A DNA stretch of 64,000 bases from Lama glama. Lineage: Eukaryota. Below, in pieces: positions 13,076 to 25,344 of the stretch; the first letter of the stretch is position 1, and each line of letters begins with the position of its first letter. Made by a program: the position numbers and the translations under genes. The notes beneath the pieces were generated by a model. It saw nothing but the letters and a program-made list of their open reading frames with translations, searched no databases and was not told the DNA's origin. Location of the stretch: contig CM052817.1 in assembly GCA_028534125.1 (NCBI GenBank), forward strand, positions 24,492,001-24,556,000, written 5' to 3'.

Positions 13076-13736
13076 AAACAGACATAAAGACAAAGCAGTC
13101 TCCACGCCATAAGTCAGGGCCTGTCTTCCACTTGCATGCCTGCTCCCTTCCTTCCCTTTTCAGTCTCTCTCCCTCCCCAACCCTCCACTCATGTAGCCAA
13201 CAGTTCCCCAGGATGCAAAATACATCTAGCTAATTCATAACAGTGTTAGCACCATGGGTGACTCTTCCCTTATGCCGTCAGCCTGCTAATGAATGAATCT
13301 CTGGTTTGGGGCTATTAGATATTAGCAAGAGATGGGATGGAAAAAGGTACAAGTGTGTGTGTGGGGGGGGGTCACTGATCTGGTATCCTTGGGTAGAAAT
13401 CTTCCTGAAAACCCAGAGACAGCAGCCTGCTCTACCTGATGCAAGGCTGGCTGTGCTGGGAGCCTTTTGAATCACAGCCCCACAGATAATGTGAAATCCT
13501 CTCTCCTCTGCATCCTTGGTCTGCAGTGACACTGGCAGATGCTAAACTTCGGCCTGTCTAGAACAGCTAATTAGGTTAGAGAGGCTGCCAAAAATCCCAA
13601 AGTCATCCTAAGAAAATGAAACACTTTGAAGCAAAGGTCAGAAGACACAAACACTAATTCGATTTTTAAGAGAGAAACCACCAAATAAGAAGGGGTAGGG
13701 GAGCAGCGGAGAGAAAGAAAGGCAGGCACGCAAGAC

Positions 13737-13977
13737 CTTCACAATCTGGCAACTCCTCATCAGTCTTATAAACAACATTGAGATCAGGCATAAAGTGGTC
13801 CTGGCTCCTTTCTCCAGTAAGAAACACTGTATATTCATGAAGGATGATACTGTAATAGATACTGTATATTCATAACCTCTTCCAGAAAGCTCAGTCCGTA
13901 CCTCCTGGGACATCAGGAGAGCTTTCAGAGAGTTCTTCCTGCTGGAGAACATTCCCACCTGGGAGTAATGAGGCTGG
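13737..13977 (-). pseudogene. Gene A exon 5, 5' part lost in the assembly gap (..RKNSLKALLMSQEVRTELSGRGYEYTV/FLTGERSQDHFMPDLNVVYKTDEELPDCE)
   Basis: Continuous frame is restored by removing a 35-nt duplication-insertion; donor gtcttg, phase 1. Confidence 0.55.
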
Positions 13978-14477
13978 NNNNNNNNNNNNNNNNNNNNNNN
14001 NNNNNNNNNNNNNNNNNNNNNNNNNNNNNNNNNNNNNNNNNNNNNNNNNNNNNNNNNNNNNNNNNNNNNNNNNNNNNNNNNNNNNNNNNNNNNNNNNNNN
14101 NNNNNNNNNNNNNNNNNNNNNNNNNNNNNNNNNNNNNNNNNNNNNNNNNNNNNNNNNNNNNNNNNNNNNNNNNNNNNNNNNNNNNNNNNNNNNNNNNNNN
14201 NNNNNNNNNNNNNNNNNNNNNNNNNNNNNNNNNNNNNNNNNNNNNNNNNNNNNNNNNNNNNNNNNNNNNNNNNNNNNNNNNNNNNNNNNNNNNNNNNNNN
14301 NNNNNNNNNNNNNNNNNNNNNNNNNNNNNNNNNNNNNNNNNNNNNNNNNNNNNNNNNNNNNNNNNNNNNNNNNNNNNNNNNNNNNNNNNNNNNNNNNNNN
14401 NNNNNNNNNNNNNNNNNNNNNNNNNNNNNNNNNNNNNNNNNNNNNNNNNNNNNNNNNNNNNNNNNNNNNNNNNNNNN
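13978..14477. other. Assembly gap (500 N)
   Basis: Run of exactly 500 N, probably a placeholder size. Confidence 1.
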
Positions 14478-14729
14478 AAAGTTCCCTCTTAAGCCCAGGC
14501 TCACTCTATTCAGAAGCCCAAATAATCTATGTAAAGAGTCAATTCTAATAACAATAAAAGGAATACGTGGGGAAAATGTAAAAAGATCAGACCTTCCCAC
14601 CTCTGAGAAGCTACCATTTGTAGATATTAATCTGCAAACTCGTGGGGGTAAGAGCATCATAAAATAGGAATTTCATGATTTAATGAAATCACTGCTGAAC
14701 TAGAAATCTTAAAGTGTGAGACTTTTGTC

Positions 14730-15185
14730 ACATGGTCCCCAGTTTTTTTTGGCACACCACCCACTGACAGGTGGAATTGATGAACCTTGAATTTGAACTC
14801 TGTTTTTGGCCAATAGGATACAGAAGAAATGGCGCAGCACTGGGTTCTGGGCCTGGGCTTTTAGAAATTGGACCCTTCCTTTTCTGTCTTTTGAATCACT
14901 TGTTCTTTGGAACCCAGCCACCCTACTGAGAGACCCCTGGAAGAGAAGCAGCACCACCTTGCCAGTAAGGAGGGGGAGCTGCCCTGAAAGGAGATCTCCG
15001 CCCCTTGCAGAGCCCTCCTAGCTGACCAGTGCCGTAGGGAGCGGACACTCCTTCCCCAGCACACCCTACCCCGGATCACAGGTCCAGGAGAAAAAAATGA
15101 ATGGTGGTGGTGGTTTTAAGCCAATGATTTTTATTTGTTATGCCTTTAAGGCCTTGATGTGGTTTGCCTGCCACAATAGATAAAT
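14730..15185 (+). mobile_element. MaLR (MLT1-type) LTR
   Basis: ttggccaatagga..ggaacccagccacc..ggttttaagcca..gtggtttg..aatagata. Confidence 0.7.
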
Positions 15186-15963
15186 AAAGGTAGTAAAATA
15201 AAACAAATGTGCCGTAGCATGGACTGGTTAGGTGGAAGGATTCAGGGGGTAGATCTGGGTTTGTGTCAAGATTTGTTATAATTTTGGGTAAATCGTTTAA
15301 TTTCCTGAAGTTTCAGTGCCCCTCAAGCTTCTGAAAGTTGGGCATAATAATAACTACCTCACAGGGCTATCTTGAGAAATAACCTAAAACAATGCCTGAG
15401 AAAGATAGCGAGAACTTAAAAATTCTAGATCAGAATTTGCTAAAAGCCTTCAGGTAGAAAATAAGAGATAGAAGGTTACAAGGGAATGAGAATTACTTGA
15501 ATAACTTTTTTGTAAATTGTGGCATGAAATGGATCATTATTCCCCAATTATGCCAGCTACATAGGCATACATACTTTTTAGCTAGAGGTAACCACATTAA
15601 AACAGTGTATTTTTTTTAAATGTTGGCTTAGCACGTAAATATGAATTCAGACCAAGTTATGAGGTATTAAGTTAATAGAGCAGACACTACTTCTAATTTA
15701 TGTTCAAAAAAATGGCCAAAAAACCAAACCAAAACAAACAAACCAAAAAATGCCTCTTTTGAAGCCAGAGGTAGCAAGCAGATTTCAAGAAAATGACATT
15801 AAGAGAGAATAAAAAGTTACCACTTCCTCCTTTTAATGTAAGATGTGCTAAAATCTTATACTAAAAATCATTTCTTTCACACATAAAGAATCCCTTTAAT
15901 GTTGCTTTAAATCTACATGAAGGTTCATAGGTCATTCTTTCAACTCCTGTTAATCTTTTAGAC

Positions 15964-16062
15964 CTTGATGCGGTTTTCCTGCCACCGATGTTCCAGAGAG
16001 CATGTGGTGCCCACATTTATGTGGGAAGGCGCACTCTTATAAAAATGAGCAGCTGTCTCTCT
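15964..16062 (-). pseudogene. Gene A candidate exon 4 (99 nt; RETAAHFYKSAPSHINVGTTCSLEHRWQENRIK)
   Basis: Acceptor atccttcctag, weak donor gtctaa; open in phase 0, which does not match the phase-2 end of exon 3; S.PSH..ENR motif also in Gene B. Confidence 0.35.
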
Positions 16063-17281
16063 CTAGGAAGGATTTCAATATAGATCAGATCTCACATACA
16101 GTTGAAAACTGTTTCATTTCAAGTGGCTTCAGTGGTAGAATGAATGACCCAACCGTTGTGTAAGGTGATCACTTATTGTGTGCCTGCAGTGGGGGTTGTA
16201 AGCGCGTGTTATATTGGGGAAGTAATACAGGCGTTCCTGTCAGTGTTTGATGTGGAGGAGAGAAGGGCTGTTGGTGGATGATAACTAGAATCTGGAAAGG
16301 GTTAATTCACCTGTTCATTGATTCTGACTCATAAATCTGGGAGTAGGGTGGAATTGAGAGAGAAGAATTGTGTAACAGAAGCAGTTTTTGTTTTTTAACT
16401 TTGAGTTTGGTGCTCCTTGGAAAGGGCTAGAGACTGAGGCAGTCTGGTCCCTTTGAGGCAGGGGAGCCAGAAAGCTGAGCCTCAGCAGGGCAGAGGGAGG
16501 CTAGGAGCCTGCCGTCCTGCGTGTGCCTCCGGGATTACCTAAAGAACAGGAAATTAAGGGCTTAGCCAAATGCTAATGAGATTGTTAAAAAATATTTGAA
16601 GCTCATCCTTTGGATTCAGTACTTATTGTTTAATTTTTTCTTTTTGTTGTTTCTTACCTTTTTCTTTTTGGAAACTTTGTACAATATCTCAACTGTGTCA
16701 AAGAGGTAAAAAGGCTTTCACTTTTGCTGAAATCATGGGATCAAAGCACACCCTTGGCTCTGAGGGCTGCTCCAGTGGGTGTATAAGCGAAAGGGAAGGT
16801 TCCCATTTTACACTGTGTAGACATGTAAATTTCCTCTCTGCCAGTACCCACCTGTGCCTGGAGGAAGGCAGTACAGGTTTCCAGGACACGAGTTTCATTT
16901 GGTACCACAGCATCCAAGAATCACAATACTAGAATCCTAGATTCAGTAGTTTTTACCAGCTGTTTAATCAGGGGTAGGTTCGAGAATGTCAATCTTCCTC
17001 TCTGTCAGAACCAAAAACACCCATATGATACATCTTACCAAGTTCTGAGGGTGAAATTCTGTCGTATATAAACAATGAGCCCAATGTAGAAACAAATTAT
17101 TATTCTTTTCTTAAAACTCTTCCAGATGCGAGTCTTAACCCGACTGTAAGCCAGTGTTAAGTCATTATGCTCTGTTAAGATAAAGTAACATTTAGTGCTC
17201 AGAATAAGTGCGCAAGAAACATCTGTTGAGTTCAGACGTCTTAATAGGAATGAAAGTGGAGAGGAGATGGGGGCAGTCTAC

Positions 17282-17705
17282 CTCCTGACCTGGCCTTCCC
17301 AGGTGTTCTGCAGGACCTGCTGCTGCCAGGACTCACTCTGGTTCACAGGATCCATCCCTCCAGTGTTTGTTCCAGTCCTGTCATCTCCTGCTCCCGCCTC
17401 CAGCAGAGCTAACCCTCTGTGTCAGTGTACCCAAACTCCCATGCCAGTATGGCTCCCCTACTCTAGGTGAGGCCAGCTAAAGCCCCAAAGAGATGGTTGT
17501 AGAACCCAGCCATGGAGTCCCTATCCTCCAGACCAGAACTTCCAGTAAAATACATTCCATGAATGCAGTTCCTGGTTTTTGCTGTAGTCATCCCAGGGAG
17601 GGGAAAGTTGGTGGAGAAGGGCGCCTTCCTCCCAGGAAAGCAGGGACTGAAGGGACTGAGGTGAAACCAGACAACAGCAGTGCAATTGTAAATTCCCATG
17701 CAATT
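17282..17705 (-). pseudogene. Gene A exon 3 (424 nt; LHGNLQLHCCC..EEGALLHQLSPPW..QQQVLQNTWEGQVR)
   Basis: Branch/polypyrimidine ctgatttcccattgttttttgcgag, donor gtagac; one frame with 3 stops over 140 codons. Confidence 0.55.
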
Positions 17706-18639
17706 CTCGCAAAAAACAATGGGAAATCAGACACTGCTAACATTAGGGTCTGGCTGCATGATGATTTTGGGGACCAGTGAGGAACCTTGCCACTTTCTGT
17801 AACATTATTTTTATGGCAAGTTTCATTTTGTATTCTATTTAAATCATGCACAGTCAGGCTTGTGTAACAGCCATTTGGGAGTTGGAGAGATTTGAGCGTT
17901 TTCGCTGGAGAGCTTTCTGCTTGTTTGCTAATAGCCTTGTGTGTGCACACAGTATAACCTTCGTGTTCATGAGGTGGTAAGGGAGCACAAAATGGACTGA
18001 AACGTCTTAGCTTCTGCTTTTGGTTTGGACAGTAGCTCCTTGACCTTGGGCAGTTCTCTCTGGGACTCTCTTCCTCATCTATAGAATGAGGTGGATGAAA
18101 AACAGGACTTCTGGGACTTCTTCCAACTTCAATATTACATTATTCCATTTCTTTGAAACTCCCGGGAGTTCCATTTTGTTTTATTTCTTTCTAAGGAGAG
18201 GAAGTGGGGAGTATCACTCTATCATCTGAAAAATAGTGACAATATAACCTGTCCTCCTTGACTCGGAGTGTGTTATGATAATGGATGGAACAGCACTTCT
18301 GAAACTGCAGTGTGCTACATAAATGTGTACTCTTGATGATTAGAATGTGGAAAGTACTGGAGGACAACCAAATCAATGGGAAACATCGCCAGGATTTAGA
18401 AACCCTTCCCCACTGTTCAGTCTTAAAACTGGAAAATGTAAGTAGTATGAAATAAGCATAAAAGACCTCCTCTTTAGGCCTATGAATAAGACTTTTAGGT
18501 TGACAAGATCACTGGGCTTTTGGGTAAGGTGACTGAATATAAACTCCTGGAGAGATGAGGTTGGATCTCTCCCCTGAATTGTGAGAAGGAATTCATCATG
18601 TGTGTGCATTTGACACATGATTCAGGACTAGGCAGTAAT

Positions 18640-18880
18640 AGAAGCTAAAGATTCAGAATCTGGAGTTGGAAACACTTGGGTTTGAGACCTTGCCCTGCCA
18701 TTTTCTGGCTCGGTGCCTTAAAGCAAGTTACTTAAGCAAATCCACAACTAGAGAAATTACCTCTAAAATGAAAAATATCATAGGATTTTTTTGAGGTTTA
18801 AATGAGAGAAAGCTTGTGAAATGCTTATCACGTGGCTGGCACATAATAAGCCCTCATTAAATGTTAACTAGGTTTATTAT
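18640..18880 (+). mobile_element. MIR SINE
   Basis: aagcaagttacttaa core; 3' ggcacataataagccctcattaaatgtta. Confidence 0.8.
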
Positions 18881-19284
18881 TGTTGTTGTTATTTATTAGC
18901 TCCATTATCTCCTTACCTAGAAGATCCTGACAACTAGTTAAAGAAGTGACATCAAGCCTGGCTCAACTAGCTGGCAGTCATTTAAAAAAAAACAAAACTC
19001 ATCTGCCAATGGTATCTTTGTTGTGCACTCAATTAGGAGAGGGAAAGATATGTGACATGATGGTACAGTTGGAAAACATTTATATTCTGTTTGTTTATAT
19101 TAAACCAGAATGTTTATTTCCAACTGTCTGTCAAGGTTGACATCTTAAGAGGCCATGGTTATTCTCAACATTTTAAAAAGTGCTTTTGTAGAATTATCAG
19201 AAATAAGTTGACAAGCCAGGAGGATAGGCATGCCTTCTTTCTTTATAGTCATCGCCTATTTTTAACCAGAAACTCACAACAGTC

Positions 19285-19760
19285 ATTGAACAACTATTTA
19301 TTGAGGGCTTTTTACATGCAAGACACTGTTCTAAGCCTGGAGGATATAGAATTTAACTATGTTAACTAACTGTGTTTATTTAACATACACATTACCCCTA
19401 CTGTCAGGGCTTTCATGCTCTAATGGAGGAACCATCATGTCAAAAATAAAAAGATAAATTAAAATCTTTAAATATCTTTGTAAACTTTGTGGCGTGATAT
19501 GTACTGTGAAGAAAAATGAAGCAAGGTAAAGAGAGCAATGGGCAGAGTTGCTCTTTCCCGGTGATGAATGGTCAGAGAAGATCTGTCTGACAAGATAATG
19601 TTTGAACAGAGACATGAGCAGTTTGGGGCAGGGAGCCACGTAGGTACATGGAACACAAGCATTTCTGCCAAGAAGCACGTGCAAAGGTCCTGAGGCACAG
19701 CATGCCTTAGGTGCCCAAGGAGCAACATTGTGGTCAGTGTGGCACATAGATGGAGACAGG
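19285..19760 (-). mobile_element. LINE-2 fragment
   Basis: tatttattgagggc..caagacactgttctaagc; tgcaaaggtcctgaggca. Confidence 0.8.
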
Positions 19761-20381
19761 GCAATTTTCACAAAGTTTAACATCCCTGTATACAGGCACC
19801 AACCAACCAGAACAGATACTGTCTATTAGCAATCAGTAAGCTCATGCATCTGTGTGTCACTGCTAAGCATCAGCCTTGATAGAAAATGAGGTCAGGAAAT
19901 ATATGGAGGCAAGACCACGTACGGCCAGCATGTTATCTCCCCATAATTTCTAGGCTTAGTTTCATAAACCAACTTTACTCACGTAAGATAAGGATCATCA
20001 CCATTTATTTGGATAGTACTCATTCATTGATTCCACCTATTTTTAAAAGCAATGCTAAGAGAAGATTCCAAAAGTATTTCCAACATTGTTGGAAAAGAAG
20101 GTGTGTCAGTATTCACTCGGATGTACGTGTAAGTTTGTTAAAACAAGTCTGACTGGTGTTTTGTTTTGTTCTAAATTCAGCAGTTCTTCCGTGTCCTAGT
20201 AAAGTAGAAAGGTGTGGAGCATGACCTGTATCTCCTGGCTGCCCGGGTCTCTGGGAACTAGAATGGAAAGGAATGAGAGACATACTAGTTGGATCTTTAG
20301 AGGAAGCAAGTGGCAAATTGCCCCAGACTTTATAAATAATACCCATATACGATAGGAAAAGGCCACATACACGTATGTGAC

Positions 20382-20516
20382 CTGAGTAGACAGGAAGTCC
20401 TCTCTGAGGTGGCAGAGGGCAGGGTCAGCCTTGGTCTCTGGGTGCTGGAAAGCGGCATTTGCTGCTGCTTGGTATAGCTCCAGGTGATGCCCTGCTGCAT
20501 CCCTTAACCAAAGCTC
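20382..20516 (-). pseudogene. Gene A exon 2 (135 nt)
   Basis: Acceptor atttcctag, donor gtcaca. Phase 1-1 reading ALVKGCSRASPG... completes the signal peptide (TGA at the junction plus one internal stop); phase 0 reading ELWLRDAAGHHLELYQ... is fully open, so the frame is ambiguous. Confidence 0.45.
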
Positions 20517-20702
20517 CTAGGAAATCTGTTACAAATTCTTTAAGAGGGAAAACTGAGGCAGCAATCCTGGAGCCCCTTATAAAGGTGATGGGGCAAGGGC
20601 CACCAGCACTGCCATGTCCGTCTCAGTTGAAGGCAGCAGCAGCAATGGGATTGATTGGGATCAATATCTGAGGCTTAAGTGAATTCAACTGGGGCATCTT
20701 AC

Positions 20703-20754
20703 AGCCCAGCAGCAACAGCTGATATGACCCCCATCGGGAACAGTGGGGACACAT
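20703..20754 (-). pseudogene. Gene A exon 1 (MCPHCSRWGSYQLLLLG, signal-peptide-like)
   Basis: accATG at 20754, donor gtaaga at 20702, TATATA about 40 bp upstream; ends phase 1. Confidence 0.5.
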
Positions 20755-20794
20755 GGTACAGCTTTCACAGCTACGGAGATCCCAGAGCACTCTG

Positions 20795-20803
20795 TATATA
20801 TTA
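20795..20803 (-). promoter_or_regulatory. Candidate TATA box of Gene A
   Basis: Minus-strand TAATATATA about 40 nt upstream of the exon 1 ATG. Confidence 0.35.
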
Positions 20804-21049
20804 GGACCTATACTGGTAATGGCATACAAGAATGCGTAAGCCACATGTTTCATAGCAGATCCCCAGGGTAATCCAGAGGCTCACGCTGACTATTACTGTT
20901 TCTTTCATGCATGCGTCCGCTCACTCACTCACGGAACACTGAGTGCAGGACTGGAGTGTCCACCACTATCCCTTCCTCCCCCAGTCTGATTTGGAAGCTG
21001 AGGGAGTGTGGGTTACATAATCTTTCAAGATGTTAACAATTAGAGAGAA

Positions 21050-21260
21050 TTGTGTGGCTCTTGGCTCTGGAACTGGAAACTGCCAGGTCTGGTATTTGGA
21101 TTTCATCACCTTGTAGCAGTGTGTCTTCTGTGAGCCTTGGTTTTCTCATCTTTTAAATGGGGCTAATAATATATTTGACTTGTAAGATTCCTGTGAGAAT
21201 TAATGAGGTAAGATATAAAAAGCACTTAGCTCTGTGCCTAGTATAATAGACACATTAAAG
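21050..21260 (+). mobile_element. MIR SINE
   Basis: tgagccttggttttctcatcttttaaatgggg..aagcacttagc. Confidence 0.8.
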
Positions 21261-22967
21261 CTACTTGTTCTGATATTCAAAATGGAAATAGAATGATAGA
21301 CTGTTGAAGGTGGGGAAGAGGAGGAGAAAAAGTAGAGGAAGAAGGAGCAGGGGGAGGAAATGAGGAGAAGAGACATTTGTTTCAGGGAAGAAGTAGCTGG
21401 GGGAGGGAGGAGAAATCAAATGAGTATCCCAAGCTATGTGGAGACGAAACATTCAAGTTCCCTATAAATTTTAACAGTGTCTGGAAATTATTTAAGAACA
21501 AGAGACTGGTAGAATGTAAGAGGCCCTTAATGATTTTTTTTTAAGAGGAGGAAGTAGAAGAAATGATTTTAGCAATAGGGTTTTGGATGGTCATTGGAAT
21601 CAAATCATGACTACCTTTATTCCTGACTATTTACTGAGTTCTTGTAAACAAATGAATAACACTTTCTCAGCATCCCTGAAACAAGATAGCAATTAAAGAA
21701 AGCACTAGGGTTGTATCTGATGGTTACGAGATGGAGATTCCAAAGTATGGTTAATACCCATTCCATTCATTTCATATCGGACTAACCAAGCCATTCAAAC
21801 CAAAGGAGATTTTGGACTCAAACTTCTTCAGTCTTGTCTGTCCACCCCCAATTCTAAGATAACTGTCAGCTTAATTCAGTGCCTGACCAAATTCAGATAT
21901 GACAAGTGATTATTTTTTATCAGTATCTTCCAATATAATAAGAAGGCACGGAGAATGTGCGTGGCTTGCGGATGGTTAAATAGCTGGCATGAACCTCACC
22001 TGTCAATGACATTTCAGAAGATCTTGCTTTACATCTGGTGACTATGATTTGGCTAGTTTCTCCCCCTTAGGTAAAATGATGTTCCTCTATCCCTCCTCAT
22101 CCTGGAGCTATTTTATCATTTTGATTTTTTATAACTAGCTGACCTTTTTCCTAAATAGGTCATTTTGTTGTCCAGCCTGTAAATTTGGTGTTCTGGAGAT
22201 TTTTGCCCAAGGAAGTTGAATATATTTATATCTGAAAGTGTCTCTATATTTCAGTCTCTATTTGAAAGCTGCTCAGGTTATAGTACTCGGAAAATCACTG
22301 CTCCAAAAAAGAAGATAAGAACAAATGCCCATAATCCTGTAGCAAGACATTCTTAAAGGTTCAAAAGATATAAAAATGAGGCTTTATTCTGTAAGAAGTA
22401 GAATCAGAAGCAGAAATAAGTACAAGATGTAGCCTTTTTTTATTAATGCCATCATATTCTGCATACATGTGTAAATATTTAATTTCCTATGTAAGTTCTA
22501 TAAAAGACCATTTTTAGATGTATGTAGTATATGTTTTAAAATATCTTAGTCATTTAATACCATTTTCTAATCAAAATGACATTTGTAAGATAAAAGTAAA
22601 ATTTACAGCATTTGTTTTGGGAATAACTTTTCTGCCATTAATAGCTATGCTACCAAAATATGCTAGAGGGTGTTTACTGCAGAATCTATAGGATTGAATG
22701 AACCTCAAAACAGATTTGCCCAGCCATAAAATACTTAAATTGACACAGATTTCAGCAATATTAAAATCCGATCAAAACAAGGTATCTCAAGCCCAAGTCC
22801 AGATCATTCCATGACTTGATTGTAAATTTTCTATCCCTCCAAAACAAGTGGGGAGGGGGAAGGAAAAGAAGGGCGATTTGATAGTAGTGACTATGCTGAA
22901 TAATTCTTTTTTAAAAAAAAAGGGGGGTGGGGGTTGAAACCTCAAGATCCATATATAAAGTGATATA

Positions 22968-23156
22968 CAGTTGACCTGTAAACAACATAGGTTTGAACTC
23001 CATGGATCCACTTATACATGAGTATTTTTCAACAGTAAGTGCTACAGTACCACCCAGTCTGTAACTGGTTAAATCTGTGGATGTGGAGGGACTCCAGACA
23101 TGGAGGGCAGACTGTTGCAGGCGGATTAATCTCTCATATTGTTCAAGGGGCAACTA
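22968..23156 (+). mobile_element. Miniature Tigger2-family (Tc1/mariner-pogo) DNA transposon
   Basis: TIRs cagttgacctgtaaacaa ... ttgttcaaggggcaact; TA on the left flank; about 190 bp. Confidence 0.85.
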
Positions 23157-23348
23157 TCTTCCTAATACAGTGACCTGAAGTAAACTAGTAGTTGCTTAAA
23201 CTGGCAACTACTCATACACACACTCTGCACACTCTCTGTAAAGTCACACAAAAGTCTGAGGCATGGGCTCTACACCCAGGAACTTACAAAATAGCCAGTG
23301 GCATTGACGTCTGAAAAGTTAGGAAGCATCTAACAAATGCAAAACATT

Positions 23349-23720
23349 TGTATTAGTTTTGTATTGCTTCTATAATGAACTTACCACAAATTTAGTGGCT
23401 TAAAAGAACAAAAATTGACTATGTTATAGTCATGGAGATCAGAAGTCTGAATTCAGTTTCACTGAGCTGAAGTCAAGGCACTGACAGGCCTGCATTCTTT
23501 TGGAAGTTCTCGGGGAGAATCTGTTTCCGTGATTTTCCCAGCTTTTAGAGTCTGCCTGTATTTCTTGGGTCATGGCCCCTTCTTGCATCTTCAAAGCCAG
23601 TAGCATAGTATCATCTACATCTCTCCCTCTCTGACCTCTGCTCCCGCTGTCATGTCTCTTCTGATTTGACTTTCATGGTCACATTTCCTCCTCTCCCTCT
23701 GACCTCTCACTCTGCTCTTA
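23349..23720 (-). mobile_element. MaLR (MLT1) LTR
   Basis: tgtattagtttt..ttaccacaaatttagtggcttaaaa..cagaagtctgaa. Confidence 0.85.
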
Positions 23721-25344
23721 GTGTGTTGTTTAAAACACAGCTTTGAGTCCTTACCATGTGCCAGGAATTAATATTACAGCAAAACTAAAACAAGAACTGA
23801 TACAAATGATAACAGTCAATGATAAATGAATGGGCTGTGCCCCCAAGGAACACAGAAATAGAAAATAATAATGAGATGCAATGAGAATTGTGGAAGCCGC
23901 TTGACCCCGGTGGTCTGGGACCTCTGCCTGCCTGACCCCAGTCCTGATTCCTCAAACACTGTTACTCTTCTTAATCTGCTTCTACTCTTACCTGCTCCTG
24001 TGGCTGGTCTTATTTCCTATAAGAGTCTTCTGTGCAAAGAAGATAGCTTTGTACTCAAAAATTATCCATGTGCTCCTCGTCAACACAGAAACATCTAAAC
24101 CACCCCTTACCACCTGTGGGATAAAGACTGAACTCAGGAGCCTGATTTGCCAACCTTTCAACAATTTGGCATTATCCCACCAGCCAGCTGATCTCTTTCT
24201 GAACCCTACCCTCAAGTATCCCCCAAATGAAGCCTTTGTTTTAGTTTTAAGGTCTGCCTCCTGTAAAAAGCTATCCTGAATGACTTCCAAGGAGAATTAC
24301 TGATTAAATACTAATTTTTTAAGTCATAGATCTTTTACATTATTGCTTTACTTTAATGCCTATGCCTTGTTTCCCAATTCATTGTTAACTAATAAAGAAC
24401 TAGGACTCTGTTACAGTCATCTATCACTTCTAAGCACCTTGGATATTGCCTTCCCAGAGAGGCACCCAGTGAATGAATGTACAGTATTATAATATATAGC
24501 TTGAATGTTGATAAAATAGTTACAAATGTAGATTGCAGTAAGGTACTTTTATACAGTAAGATCACTAATTGACATTAGTGATGTGTCCTGTAATTATTAC
24601 AGGTTTTTTAAAGGCTATGTAATAAAACTTAGGCAAAAAAGCAGACCATTGGCATGAGGAAGTCAGTTTTTAAGAAAATTATTCTGGCAGCCTTGTGCAT
24701 GGGGGGTTGAAGAGGTGAGGGAAACTGGAGACAGGTAGAGGAGCCATAAGGCAGATGGAGCAAATCAAGCATAAGAGGTGAATGAGCATCTGGGCCAGGA
24801 GTCTCCCAAACACCTAGCATAGCCTGTTGACACCTGTAATTATTTAAGTGTGGCTAAAGCTTATTTGACAAGTGGAAATAAATCATCAGGCTTTACTCCG
24901 TTAATTGATCAAAGAAAAAATCTGTTTTTAGCCGAGTAAGTTCTGTTAGAATGAATTCCATGTTTCCCACAGCAGTGATTTTTAATCCTAGGCTCTAAAG
25001 AATTCCTTTGCCATTATGAGATTTACTTTTACTAGTATGACATAGATGTGTGTATCGATAGTTTTAGAGGAATTAAGTAGCCCGTGTCTTTGACTAGAAC
25101 AAAGATCACATAATTGTGTTATAATCACAGATAAGATTTTTAGAGTAAAAATTGAACAGATTGACAGTGGGGATGCCAGTCATAATTTGGTTTGATTCAG
25201 GACCGCCAGATGCTTGTCTCTGTTCATGCTGCTCTTGATGGTTGGTTGTACTTTTTAATTAGGGAGAATATGAGCTGTGCAAAGTTGATGTCTAGAATAT
25301 TAAAGTAAAAAGTGGAAGGTTTATCCACAATCTTATTAGTGATA

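Larger units (their letters stand above)
1396..20754 (-). pseudogene. Gene A: decayed multi-exon gene (about 11 exons) for an unrecognised secreted/membrane-anchored protein
   Basis: Chain of exon-like blocks in non-repeat DNA bounded mostly by polypyrimidine-AG acceptors and GT donors; several junction phases fit, others need a frameshift. TATA + Kozak ATG at start, hydrophobic tail + TAA at end, internal peptide repeat, motif similarity to Gene B. Many stops/frameshifts and one dead acceptor. Confidence 0.7.

Noticed and set aside
13638..14660. 340-aa and 174-aa ORFs in the track
   Set aside because: Artefacts of reading through 500 Ns; only 13737-13977 is retained as an exon remnant.
16441..16590. 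Possible enhancer with GGATTA/TAAT homeodomain sites
   Set aside because: Short motifs occur by chance and I have no conservation data.
25168..25240. Possible extra Gene B exon (..MLVSVHAALD, phase 1)
   Set aside because: Weak acceptor and ambiguous frame; not supportable without an ortholog.
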